From assembly GCA_044342325.1 (NCBI GenBank), contig JBIIPZ010000005.1:1-64000 (forward strand): a stretch of 64,000 bases of DNA, in the 5' to 3' direction. The notes below the pieces were generated by a model. The model saw only the letters and a list, made by a program, of their open reading frames with translations. It made no database searches and was not told the DNA's origin. The position numbers and the translations under genes are program-made. The stretch is from Terrimicrobiaceae bacterium (GTDB taxonomy: Bacteria; Verrucomicrobiota; Verrucomicrobiia; Chthoniobacterales; Terrimicrobiaceae). Numbering within the stretch: the stretch's first letter is position 1; each line of letters begins with the position of its first letter. Positions 55,771 to 64,000 of the stretch are shown here, piece after piece.

Positions 55771-56062
55771 CTACACAGCAGAACCCGCTGGTGAGGGGTG
55801 GAAATTCGCGGCGGGGTCTGCCCTGGATCGCGATCAGCAAATGGCCTTGGGAATCCCGGAGCCCTCTGTAGCCGCGAAGATGAAAGTCGTGCGGAAGCCG
55901 GCCCGACCAGCACGCATCAACATCCGCACCACGCATGAGACCATTGCCGGTTTACGGGCGCGGGCAGAGGAAGCCGGGCTACCCTACCAGACGCTGGCCG
56001 CCAGCGTGTTGCACATGGTCGCCAAGGGGGAGTTGAAGTTGTCTCTGGCGCGCGTGGGGTGA
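55745..56062 (+). CDS. CopG/BrnA-like RHH antitoxin
   Basis: C-terminal ARINIRTTHETIAGLRARAEEAGLPYQTLAASVLH. Start taken at ATG 55745. Confidence 0.82.
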   Translation: MKTKSKKLNYTAEPAGEGWKFAAGSALDRDQQMALGIPEPSVAAKMKVVRKPARPARINIRTTHETIAGLRARAEEAGLPYQTLAASVLHMVAKGELKLSLARVG

Positions 56063-56086
56063 TGGCCGAAGGGACAGGAAAAGAGA

Positions 56087-56117
56087 GGGGCATGGTCGTC
56101 TCGACCGTGCGGATGCG
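56087..56117. repeat. REP-like module C
   Basis: GGGGCATGGTCGTCTCGACCGTGCGGATGCG, as at ~37805, 53661 and 55270. Confidence 0.78.
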
Positions 56118-56295
56118 TGGCCTGAGGAGGATGCCGGCATTATAAGCGAAAACGTTTGTTCGTCTCTCTGTGTAAGAGCTTTTCGTTATGCGGTGCATGC
56201 CGCGTCTGACGCTTGGAGTCTTGGTGACTCGCGGAGGTTCAAATTTGGGTCAGGCGAGGACGCTGACCCGCCAAGTGGGTTGGCGCGCAGGTTTT

Positions 56296-57738
56296 TTAGA
56301 GGGCTCCGGCGCGGAGGTGGGTGAAGGCGGGGCCGAGGTGGGTGGGGATGTCCGAGGCGGTGAGGGATTCTTGCGAGGCGGGGCCGTCGCGGAGGGCGAG
56401 TTCGGCGGCGTGTCCGCAGAGCCAGGCGGCGAGTTTTGCGCATTGGAGAGGGGATTTTCCTTGGGCGAGGAGTGCGGCGGCGACGCCGGTGAGGACATCG
56501 CCCATGCCACCGGTGGCCATGCCGGGATGACCTGTGGGGTTGTAGGCGGAAGGGGTTCCGCGTTCGCCGATGAGGGTGCGCGCGCCTTTGAGCAGGAGGG
56601 TAACGGGATACTCGCCGACAAAGGCCTCGAGCCACTCGCGACGGGTGCGGGATTTTTGCGGAAAGAGGCGCTCCATCTCGAGGGGGTGCGGCGTGAGGAG
56701 GCGCGGGGCGGGGTTGTTTTTCAGGCAGGCGGAGTCGGAAGAAATGGCATTCAGCGCATCGGCGTCGATGACGCAAGGCGCGGGGCATTCGAAAAGGAAG
56801 GCGCGGACCATTTCGTCGCGCTCGCGTCCAAGTCCAGGCCCGATGGCGACGGCGTCGAATTTTTGATCGAGGATTTCACACAAGTCGGTCACGGGACTGA
56901 CCATGACCTCTGGAATGACGGCCGAGGAGAGGACGGGTGCGATATCCGGGGGAACGAAGAGGGTCACCAGTCCGGCGCCGGCCTTCACAGCGGCGGCTGA
57001 GCAGAGGCGTGCCGCGCCGGGGTATTTCTGGCTGCCGGCGATCACGGCGACACGGCCGCATTGGCCCTTGTGGGTGTCGAAGCCGCGCGGAGGAAGAAGG
57101 CTGCGGAGATCGGTGGCTTGAAGAATCTCCGCCTTGTCGGCATCCGAAGGCGCACACACGCCTGGCAGCGGAATCACAGCCAACCTGCCGACGAAATGCG
57201 TGGCGACATCCGCCACGAGTTGGGTTTTCGCGAAGCCAATGGCGGCGGTGGCGTCTGCTTGAACGCAGACTTCGGAACCGAGGCCGCTGGGGATGTCCAA
57301 CGTCAGAACCCATGCGGCTTCGGTGGCGCGCAGGGCATTGATGCGACGAATCGCCGTGGCGACGGGCTCGCGGGGTTCGCCGGAGGCTCCGATGCCGAGG
57401 AGGCCATCGAGAACAACGAGCGGTCCGACGGCTTCGGGACGGGTTTTCCAGATGCGGCCGAGTTGTTTCGCGGTGAGCGGAGCGAGGTCGGAATCGGGGA
57501 ATATTTTTTGGAGTTCGATAGACCAGCCGGCCTCGGCGAGGTAGCGGGCGACCACGAGCGCATCGCCGCCGTTGTGGCCTTTTCCAAAAAACACCACACA
57601 CCGGCCGGGCCTCGGATGAAACTGGCGCACGAGGCGGGCTGCTTCGCGGCCTGCGATTTCCATGAGGCTCTCCGCCGTGGCTCCGGCGGAGAAGGCGATC
57701 TTCTCCGCTTCGAGCATCTGGGTGGCGGAGACGATCAT
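56296..57738 (-). CDS. nnr: Bifunctional NAD(P)H-hydrate epimerase/dehydratase (NnrE-NnrD)
   Basis: LMEIAG, GKGHNGGDALVVARYL, DIPSG, HKGQCG, IGPGLG, DADALN, LTPHPLE, MATGGMGDVLTG. Start taken at ATG 57738. Confidence 0.93.
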   Translation of the reverse strand: MIVSATQMLEAEKIAFSAGATAESLMEIAGREAARLVRQFHPRPGRCVVFFGKGHNGGDALVVARYLAEAGWSIELQKIFPDSDLAPLTAKQLGRIWKTRPEAVGPLVVLDGLLGIGASGEPREPVATAIRRINALRATEAAWVLTLDIPSGLGSEVCVQADATAAIGFAKTQLVADVATHFVGRLAVIPLPGVCAPSDADKAEILQATDLRSLLPPRGFDTHKGQCGRVAVIAGSQKYPGAARLCSAAAVKAGAGLVTLFVPPDIAPVLSSAVIPEVMVSPVTDLCEILDQKFDAVAIGPGLGRERDEMVRAFLFECPAPCVIDADALNAISSDSACLKNNPAPRLLTPHPLEMERLFPQKSRTRREWLEAFVGEYPVTLLLKGARTLIGERGTPSAYNPTGHPGMATGGMGDVLTGVAAALLAQGKSPLQCAKLAAWLCGHAAELALRDGPASQESLTASDIPTHLGPAFTHLRAGAL

Positions 57739-57742
57739 GACA

Positions 57743-58882
57743 TCAGGCGAAGAACGACTTGATACGGTCGTAGAAACTGGTGTGGATCGGGTTGTTCTCC
57801 TCGCCGCACAGCTCGGCGAAACGCTCGAGGGCTTCACGCTGTGCGGAGTCGAGGCGCGTGGGGACTTCGACCTGCACATAGGTGAGAATGTCACCTTTTG
57901 CCAAGCCTTGAAGCGCGGGCATTCCGAGACCGCGAATGCGGAAGGTCGATCCACTCTGTGTGCCGGCGGGGATTTTGAGACTCACAGCACCATCCAAGGT
58001 CGGCACGCGGATTTCGCCACCGAGCGCGGCTGTCGTGAAGGGAATCGGCACCTCGCAGGCGAGATCCATGCCATTGCGGGTAAAAACTTCGTGCTCCTTG
58101 ATATGAACCACCACATAGAGGTCGCCGGAGGCCCCACCGCGAAGTCCGGCCTCGCCGCCGCCCGTGCTGCGCAAGCGGGAGTCGCTGTCGATGCCGGCGG
58201 GGATTTTGATTTTGACGCGGCTTGTTTTTTCGACCCGGCCCTCGCCTTGGCAGGATGGGCAGGGTTTCTCGATGATGCGCCCCGAGCCGTGGCAGGCTGG
58301 GCAGGTCTGCGCGACTTGGAAAAAGCCGCGCGAGGCGACGACTTGGCCGCGGCCGCGGCAAGTCGGGCAGGTGACGGCCTTACTGCCTTTCTGCGCGCCG
58401 GAGCCGGTGCATGGCTCGCAGGCATCGAGCTTGCGAATCTCGATTTCCTTTTCGCAACCTTTGGCAGCCTCCTCGAGCGTGATCTGCATGTCATAGCGCA
58501 GGTCGGATCCCCGCTGGCGGCCAGAGGAATCCACTCCACCGCCACCGCCGCCGAAAAATTGCTCAAACACTCCGCCACCACCACCGCCACTGAAGACTTC
58601 TTTGAAAAGGTCGAACGGATCGTGGAATCCACCGCCACCGCCGCCCATGCCATTTTGAAAAGCAGCGTGTCCGTAGCGGTCGTAGGCGGCGCGCTTATTC
58701 GGGTCGCTGAGGGCCTCGTAGGCCTCACCGAGTTCTTTGAATTTCTCCTCCGCCTCGTGATCGCCGGGGTTTTTGTCCGGATGATATTTGACGGCCAGCT
58801 TGCGGTAGGCGCGCTTCAAATCCTCCTCGCCGATATTGCGATCGACGCCGAGCACTTCGTAGTAGTCCCGCTTTTTGCTCAT
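57743..58882 (-). CDS. dnaJ: Chaperone DnaJ
   Basis: J domain with HPD, G/F-rich region, four CxxCxGxG repeats. Confidence 0.98.
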   Translation of the reverse strand: MSKKRDYYEVLGVDRNIGEEDLKRAYRKLAVKYHPDKNPGDHEAEEKFKELGEAYEALSDPNKRAAYDRYGHAAFQNGMGGGGGGFHDPFDLFKEVFSGGGGGGVFEQFFGGGGGGVDSSGRQRGSDLRYDMQITLEEAAKGCEKEIEIRKLDACEPCTGSGAQKGSKAVTCPTCRGRGQVVASRGFFQVAQTCPACHGSGRIIEKPCPSCQGEGRVEKTSRVKIKIPAGIDSDSRLRSTGGGEAGLRGGASGDLYVVVHIKEHEVFTRNGMDLACEVPIPFTTAALGGEIRVPTLDGAVSLKIPAGTQSGSTFRIRGLGMPALQGLAKGDILTYVQVEVPTRLDSAQREALERFAELCGEENNPIHTSFYDRIKSFFA

Positions 58883-59412
58883 TGTGCGCCCTTGGAAACA
58901 ATCACAGATGCCGCGCGGAGGAGTCGGTCTTTGAGTTTGTAGCCCTTGCGGACTTGGCGGATCACTTGTCCTTCCGGCACCTCGGCGCTGAACTCCTGAG
59001 ACACGGCGTCGTGCTTGTTGGGATCAAACGCCTCGCCGTCGGTGGGCACTTCCTCGAGTCCCTGACTGCGGATGAAATCCTGGAGCTGGCGTTGGACCAT
59101 GGACATCCCTTGCAAGACAGAAGCGGCATCGGTCGCGTTGCGGGCGGCATCGAGGCCGAGTTCGAAATTGTCGATGACGGGAAGCAGTTTTTCGAGCAGG
59201 CCGTTGTTCGCATAGCGGATGGCGTCCTCTTTTTCGCGGAGCGAGCGCTTGCGGAAATTGTCGAGGTCGGCGCGGGCGCGGAGGGCGAGGTCCTTGAGCT
59301 TGGCGGCTTCGGCCTGAAAGTCCACCTCGGCAATTTCGCCATCGGGCGTCGCATCAGGTGCGGCCTCCAGCACTTGGTCGTCAAGGGGATCGGATTCGTT
59401 GGAAGTGTTCAT
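58879..59412 (-). CDS. grpE: Nucleotide exchange factor GrpE
   Basis: [48 protein letters not shown]. Confidence 0.97.
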   Translation of the reverse strand: MNTSNESDPLDDQVLEAAPDATPDGEIAEVDFQAEAAKLKDLALRARADLDNFRKRSLREKEDAIRYANNGLLEKLLPVIDNFELGLDAARNATDAASVLQGMSMVQRQLQDFIRSQGLEEVPTDGEAFDPNKHDAVSQEFSAEVPEGQVIRQVRKGYKLKDRLLRAASVIVSKGAQ

Positions 59413-60821
59413 TTTTTTGATATGGCGATGAGTGTGAAGTCGTCGTGCTTGAAGTCTGCGCCGGTGAGGTTTTTAACATCCTCCGCGACATGCCGGACGA
59501 CGCCAGCAGCCCCGTGCGGTGCGCTCGAGCGGAGGGCTTCGATCAGGCGTTCAATACCGTATTCAAGACCCTCGTGATTCATGGCTTCCGTGGCACCGTC
59601 GGTATAGAGCAAAATGCAGTCACCGGCCTCCATCACAAGACTCAAATCGGCGCAAACTCTATTGAAGACCTCGCCGCTGTCAATCCCGAGGGCCATGCCT
59701 TTGGGGCTGAGTTTTTCAACGGCGCCTGTGGCCGCACGATAGAGCAACGGAGCATCGTGCCCGGCCCGGGCGAGCGTGACCCGCCCTGCCGCGCCATCGA
59801 GAATCAGGTAAGCCATGCTGATAAACATGTCCTCTTTGATGTCAGGGTAGAGTTGGGCGTTCACCCGACGGAGGACATCCGAGGCAGCGGCTGCGGCAGT
59901 GGCCTCGCGACGCAACACGCCGCGGCACATGGCCATGATCAGCGAAGCCGGAACACCTTTGCCGGAAACATCGGCGATGGCCACACCAAGCCGGTCGGCC
60001 CCGAGCGGGATGTAATCGAAATAATCCCCGCTCACATGCCGAGCGGCGAGGCTCACAGCGCTGAGTTCGTAGCCGGGGAAAACGGGATCCGCCTCGGGAA
60101 GCAGAATGCGCTGGATGTCGCGGGCGATTTCCAGATCGCGGTCGAGGAGTTTTTTTTCGCCCGCCTCGAGATAGATCGCTTCGTTGTAGAGCGCGAACGC
60201 ACTCTGCTCGGCGAGGGCGCGGAAGACCTTGAGATCTTTCTCTTCAAAGGCGACGGCCGACTTCGGATTGACCAGCGCCATGACTCCAATCGTGCGGTGC
60301 CTGTAAACAAGTGGTCCAAGAATGGCAGAATGCGCAGGGAGCTGCGGGTCACTCCCGGCCGCGATCAAGCGTGTCGCGCCATTTTTCCAGCACTCCGGAA
60401 AAAGGCCGACGGCATCCTTGCCGACCGGTTGGAGCTGAAGAAAACTTTCGATCACGGCGGGGTTCGATGCAGCCTGCGTGAGGATATGCTGAGGAATCTC
60501 GACCAGCGGGGGGCATCCGCTGGTGATGAAGGCCGGTGTGAGCGCGGTGTCGGTTTTATTTGTGAGGTAAAGAGCTCCCGACTGGGCATCCAGGATCCGC
60601 AGCGAACTCTCAACGATGAGCCGGTGCAGTTCCGAACTGCGAACGCCCTCGGAGAAGGCCGCGCCTATTCCATGCAGGAAATCGAAAACCCGGTCTTCCT
60701 CCTTCTGCAATTCCTGAAGCCGCCGCTCCAACCCGCGCACCCGATTCCTGCTTTTGCGCATGGCAAAAAGGACTGCGGCGAACAGCAAAGCGCAGAGTGC
60801 AAGAATGAAAATCGTCCACAT
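59409..60821 (-). CDS. Membrane-anchored GAF + SpoIIE/PP2C serine phosphatase (RsbU-like)
   Basis: N-terminal TM, GAF-like region, LEIARDIQRILLP, SGDYFD, IADVSGKGVPASL, RAGH, YTDGATEA, DDFTL. Confidence 0.92.
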   Translation of the reverse strand: MWTIFILALCALLFAAVLFAMRKSRNRVRGLERRLQELQKEEDRVFDFLHGIGAAFSEGVRSSELHRLIVESSLRILDAQSGALYLTNKTDTALTPAFITSGCPPLVEIPQHILTQAASNPAVIESFLQLQPVGKDAVGLFPECWKNGATRLIAAGSDPQLPAHSAILGPLVYRHRTIGVMALVNPKSAVAFEEKDLKVFRALAEQSAFALYNEAIYLEAGEKKLLDRDLEIARDIQRILLPEADPVFPGYELSAVSLAARHVSGDYFDYIPLGADRLGVAIADVSGKGVPASLIMAMCRGVLRREATAAAAASDVLRRVNAQLYPDIKEDMFISMAYLILDGAAGRVTLARAGHDAPLLYRAATGAVEKLSPKGMALGIDSGEVFNRVCADLSLVMEAGDCILLYTDGATEAMNHEGLEYGIERLIEALRSSAPHGAAGVVRHVAEDVKNLTGADFKHDDFTLIAISKK

Positions 60822-60879
60822 GAAGTGTTGAGCCGACTACCTTCCCGAAAGCCGCCCCGCCAATCAAGAGCGATTAATT

Positions 60880-61389
60880 CTAAGGCGAGGGTTCGCCTTC
60901 CGTAATTTCCTGGCGCAGATACTCAATCACATCCTGGAAACGAACAGCATTCCGCGGGTCGGCATCGATCAAGGCCTCATGGGCTTCAAGGATTGCGATC
61001 CTTTGCTCCTCCGGCGCGAGTCCAGGTATGCCGGCCTTTTGAAGAGCGGGAGGCAGCGAAGGAGAGGGCTCGGGTTCGACTTGGAAGAGATGATCCAGAC
61101 CAAGGCCCTCAAGAAGCGAGAAATTGCGGGCGTTGGCTCTTACGACGCGGAGCAGCCCGCTTTCCAAATCGCGGAGGCTGAAGGCCACGGAAGCCAGGGT
61201 GCCCATGAAAGTCGAGTCCATGAGTTCGCACTTTTCGAGATCCAGAACAAACTCATTGTTGCCCTTTGAGATCATGCGCTGGACGAAATCCTTCACGCAC
61301 TTTGAGTTCTCAAAGGTGCCTCGCCCCTCAAGCTTCATCCAGACAATGCCATTTTCGCTGCCGACGAGGATGGATGATGATTTACTCAC
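60880..61389 (-). CDS. STAS domain anti-sigma factor antagonist
   Basis: LEGRGTF...LDLEKCELMDSTFMGTL...LLEGLGLDHLF; conserved phosphorylatable Ser in DST. Confidence 0.9.
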   Translation of the reverse strand: MSKSSSILVGSENGIVWMKLEGRGTFENSKCVKDFVQRMISKGNNEFVLDLEKCELMDSTFMGTLASVAFSLRDLESGLLRVVRANARNFSLLEGLGLDHLFQVEPEPSPSLPPALQKAGIPGLAPEEQRIAILEAHEALIDADPRNAVRFQDVIEYLRQEITEGEPSP

Positions 61390-61402
61390 AAAATACAGAA
61401 GG

Positions 61403-61432
61403 AATTTAATGCCGAAGAAAACGGAATGTCAA
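61403..61432 (-). promoter_or_regulatory. Putative sigma70 promoter of the STAS-PP2C-grpE-dnaJ-nnr operon
   Basis: Minus strand TTGACA (61432-61427), 18-nt spacer, TAAATT (61408-61403), 13 nt upstream of the STAS start. Confidence 0.55.
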
Positions 61433-61439
61433 ACTGGCA

Positions 61440-61961
61440 CTACCTCCACATGTAGGACTGGCTGAGCGCCACAATGCGGCCCTCGACTATCAGCAGAACG
61501 CGCCAGGCGGTGACGCGTCCGTTTTCCAAAAATTCGTCTCCGGTGACTTCGAATGTCGAACGGTGCGACCCGAACGCGTCAGGGTAGGAGCGCTCTTTGG
61601 CCATGACATAGTTACCCAAGCCTGCCTGCCTGTATTCCAAGCGGAGGGTCACATCCGACCGCGTCGAGTTGCGCCAGAAAATCGTGTAGTAATTTCCATG
61701 ACGCTGCGCCATCTCGGTGGAATCCACCACGCCGAACGAGCGGCGGGCGCGCTCGAAATTGATCATGTCGTTCTTCGTCTCAATCTCGACATACTCTGGA
61801 TCGAAGGATGAAGTCAGGATTTTGCGGAACTGGTAGGCATCGTCGATCGCAAGAGGCAGCACATTGGCCTTCGGCAATCGGGTGGCAGGGCCTTCCGGGA
61901 CGGAGCAGCCTGCCAAGAGGGTCAAAACAACCAAGCTGGAAAGCAGGGTGAGGCGGATCAT
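61440..61961 (-). CDS. Putative lipoprotein
   Basis: MIRLTLLSSLVVLTLLAGC signal peptide with lipobox LAGC. Confidence 0.75.
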   Translation of the reverse strand: MIRLTLLSSLVVLTLLAGCSVPEGPATRLPKANVLPLAIDDAYQFRKILTSSFDPEYVEIETKNDMINFERARRSFGVVDSTEMAQRHGNYYTIFWRNSTRSDVTLRLEYRQAGLGNYVMAKERSYPDAFGSHRSTFEVTGDEFLENGRVTAWRVLLIVEGRIVALSQSYMWR

Positions 61962-62063
61962 TGGCGCAGAGCAAAGCGGGTTTGAGCGGGAGTGTCAATT
62001 TTCCCCACGCTGAGTGGAGCGGCGCATTGCATTGGATCGAGGCGGGCGCTAAAGTCTCGCAAA

Positions 62064-64000
62064 GTGGAACCTGCCTCATCTCCAGCGAGCCCGGGTGGCG
62101 TGCAAAGCCGACTCGAGGGAGCGCTTCGACTCGCCGCCCGCATCCAAGCGAAGTGCAGGCACATTCTTCGCCGAATCCAGCGGAAACCCCGCACCGTCAT
62201 CGAGGCCCCAAACCTCCTGCCGACGCTGATCCAGGTCCTCGCAGCCTTCTCCCGCGTCGATGGCGAATTGCTCGAGGAGGAGATCGATTCGAGCCTCGGC
62301 TTTCTGCGTTATGACTACCCGGATGCTGTTTACTCCGAGCTCCGCGAATTGTTCCGAAATGCGCTGCAACAAAAGCAGGACCTCGACGTCATGGCTCAAA
62401 GCCTGGCCGGCCGCCTGAGTAACGAACGCAAGATTCTGCTTGGGGTTCAACTCTACGACCTCATCGCCCGGGCGGGGTTGAAAAGCGAAGCTGTCGTGGC
62501 CTATTACGAATTCATGTCGCGCCTCGGCATGGCCTCGCAGGCGATCGACATCGTTTACCAACTCAACGCCGACGACAAAACCGACACCTCGATCTACAGC
62601 TCCGGCGCATCCCCCCTCGAAATGGTGAGCTTCGGCTTCAAGGAAAACAATGATGTCGTGCTCGCCGACTTCGCGCCCAACGAGCGGCTGAACACCTACC
62701 GCTACGGCGACCTCGTCATTATTAAAAACCTCAGTGGCCGCACCCTCATCGTGCAGGGCCGCGCATTGGAACCAGGCAGCTTTGCGCGCCTCTACCCCGG
62801 GCAGCGCGTGCTTATCGATGATGTTGTGCTCGCCTACGCGGACCTCATTTTCTACTTCAATGCCAAGAAAAATGTGACCCTCCCGGAGATCTTCGTCGCG
62901 GTGGACAAGGAAGACGAAGTCACTCTGGAAAAAAACCGCTCGCGCGACTCGTGCCTGCAGGTCGCCTTCGGATTGAGAGTGCGCGTGAAGGCGCTCAAAA
63001 ATGTGGACGCCGTTCTCAATGGCATCCGTCTCGATGTCGGTCGCGAGGTCACCGCCACGCTGGAAGACAAAATCATTTTCCACGACGACAGCGAACTCGA
63101 CCTCGACTACCTGCGCCTGCGAGCTCGCTCCTATGGCGGACGCTTCCTTCTCAAGGCCTCCAAAAGCGAATACCTTGTTTCGAACAATCCCGGGCTTCTG
63201 GAGGAGGACGACATCCTACTCGCGCCGGGCTCCGGCGGCGATGTGTTGCTGAAAATCTCCTGCGACTACGATAGCAAAGTCGGCCAGATGGAAGTCCTAC
63301 AAGCCGACCGGCCGATCATTGTGCGAGGCGTGCCGGTGCGAAATTCCTGTCCGCTGGAGGATGGCGACACAATTCGTGTTGATGCCGGCCAAGTGCTCCG
63401 CTGTAACTTCTCAGAACGCCTGATCGAAGAAGAAAAAAATGTCGTCCGCACACTCGATGTGCGCGATCTGGTATGCCGCTTTGCCAACAACTCGGTGGCC
63501 ATCGACGGCATCTCCTTCTCGGTCGAACGCGGCGAGATGGTCTGCGTGATGGGAGCCAGCGGCTGCGGCAAGAGCACACTCCTGCGCGCTCTGTCAGGCC
63601 AATTCCGACCAACCCAGGGCAGCGTGCTTTTCAACAAGCGCTCGTTCTACGAAAACCACGAATCCCTGCGGAAATATGTGGCCTACATTCCCCAATACGA
63701 CGCCTTCGACGAGCATCTCACCATCGAAGAAAATCTGGAATATGCCGCCGCCATCCGCGCGCCACACCTCGGGCGCCGGGAACGCCTGCGCCGCATCGAC
63801 AGCAAACTCGCCGAACTCGGCCTCAACGAGCGCCGCACCTCCATCGTCGGCTCGTCCGAAAAGAAAATCCTCAGCGGTGGCGAACGCAAGCGGCTAAATA
63901 TCGGCCTCGATATGGTCAGCCCGGCGGACATCTTCCTTTTCGATGAACCGACCAGCGGCCTCAGCTCGAAGGATTCCGAGCACATCATTGAGATCATCCG
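62064..64000 (+). CDS. Large ABC transporter ATP-binding protein (ABCG-like) with N-terminal TerB-like and FHA-like regions; truncated by the window end
   Basis: Open frame from GTG 62064, after TGA 61983. N-terminus LIQVLAAFSRVDGELLEEEID. C-terminal part has Walker A GASGCGKST, YIPQYD, signature LSGGERKRLNIG and Walker B FLFDEPTSGL. Absent from the ORF track because it has no stop in the window. Confidence 0.88.
   Translation, partial: MEPASSPASPGGVQSRLEGALRLAARIQAKCRHILRRIQRKPRTVIEAPNLLPTLIQVLAAFSRVDGELLEEEIDSSLGFLRYDYPDAVYSELRELFRNALQQKQDLDVMAQSLAGRLSNERKILLGVQLYDLIARAGLKSEAVVAYYEFMSRLGMASQAIDIVYQLNADDKTDTSIYSSGASPLEMVSFGFKENNDVVLADFAPNERLNTYRYGDLVIIKNLSGRTLIVQGRALEPGSFARLYPGQRVLIDDVVLAYADLIFYFNAKKNVTLPEIFVAVDKEDEVTLEKNRSRDSCLQVAFGLRVRVKALKNVDAVLNGIRLDVGREVTATLEDKIIFHDDSELDLDYLRLRARSYGGRFLLKASKSEYLVSNNPGLLEEDDILLAPGSGGDVLLKISCDYDSKVGQMEVLQADRPIIVRGVPVRNSCPLEDGDTIRVDAGQVLRCNFSERLIEEEKNVVRTLDVRDLVCRFANNSVAIDGISFSVERGEMVCVMGASGCGKSTLLRALSGQFRPTQGSVLFNKRSFYENHESLRKYVAYIPQYDAFDEHLTIEENLEYAAAIRAPHLGRRERLRRIDSKLAELGLNERRTSIVGSSEKKILSGGERKRLNIGLDMVSPADIFLFDEPTSGLSSKDSEHIIEII

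Noticed and set aside
52696..56117. Repeats between TA modules read as attC or pdif sites
   Set aside because: I could not find RYYYAAC...GTTRRRY ends or 28-bp XerC/XerD dif-like sites, and the modules are not all co-oriented. An IntegronFinder run would confirm.

Overview
This is a high-GC bacterial chromosomal segment, most likely Verrucomicrobiota (Spartobacteria/Chthoniobacterales-like). That assignment is inferred from the PATR-rich autotransporter and gene content, not verified by search. The backbone is housekeeping: udg, recA, fkp, asd, comEC, xerD, tRNA-Pro(TGG), holA, pgm, nnr, dnaJ, grpE, a STAS/PP2C pair and a truncated TerB/FHA/ABC gene. Accessory content includes a complete 2492-bp IS66 with an 8-bp target duplication, a ~4780-aa autotransporter with 303-bp internal tandem repeats, and an in-frame chimera of a GH63-like glucosidase with half a LytTR regulator. 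Eight toxin-antitoxin (TA) loci occur in 64 kb. The most striking unexplained structure is a family of modular, nested REP-like palindromes, plus two other short repeat families, that bracket and sometimes invade the TA modules. This is clearest in a four-module TA array at 52.7-56.1 kb. Two toxins in that array, and possibly a third at 2.1 kb, are inactivated while their antitoxins stay intact. All family assignments come from motif recognition by eye.
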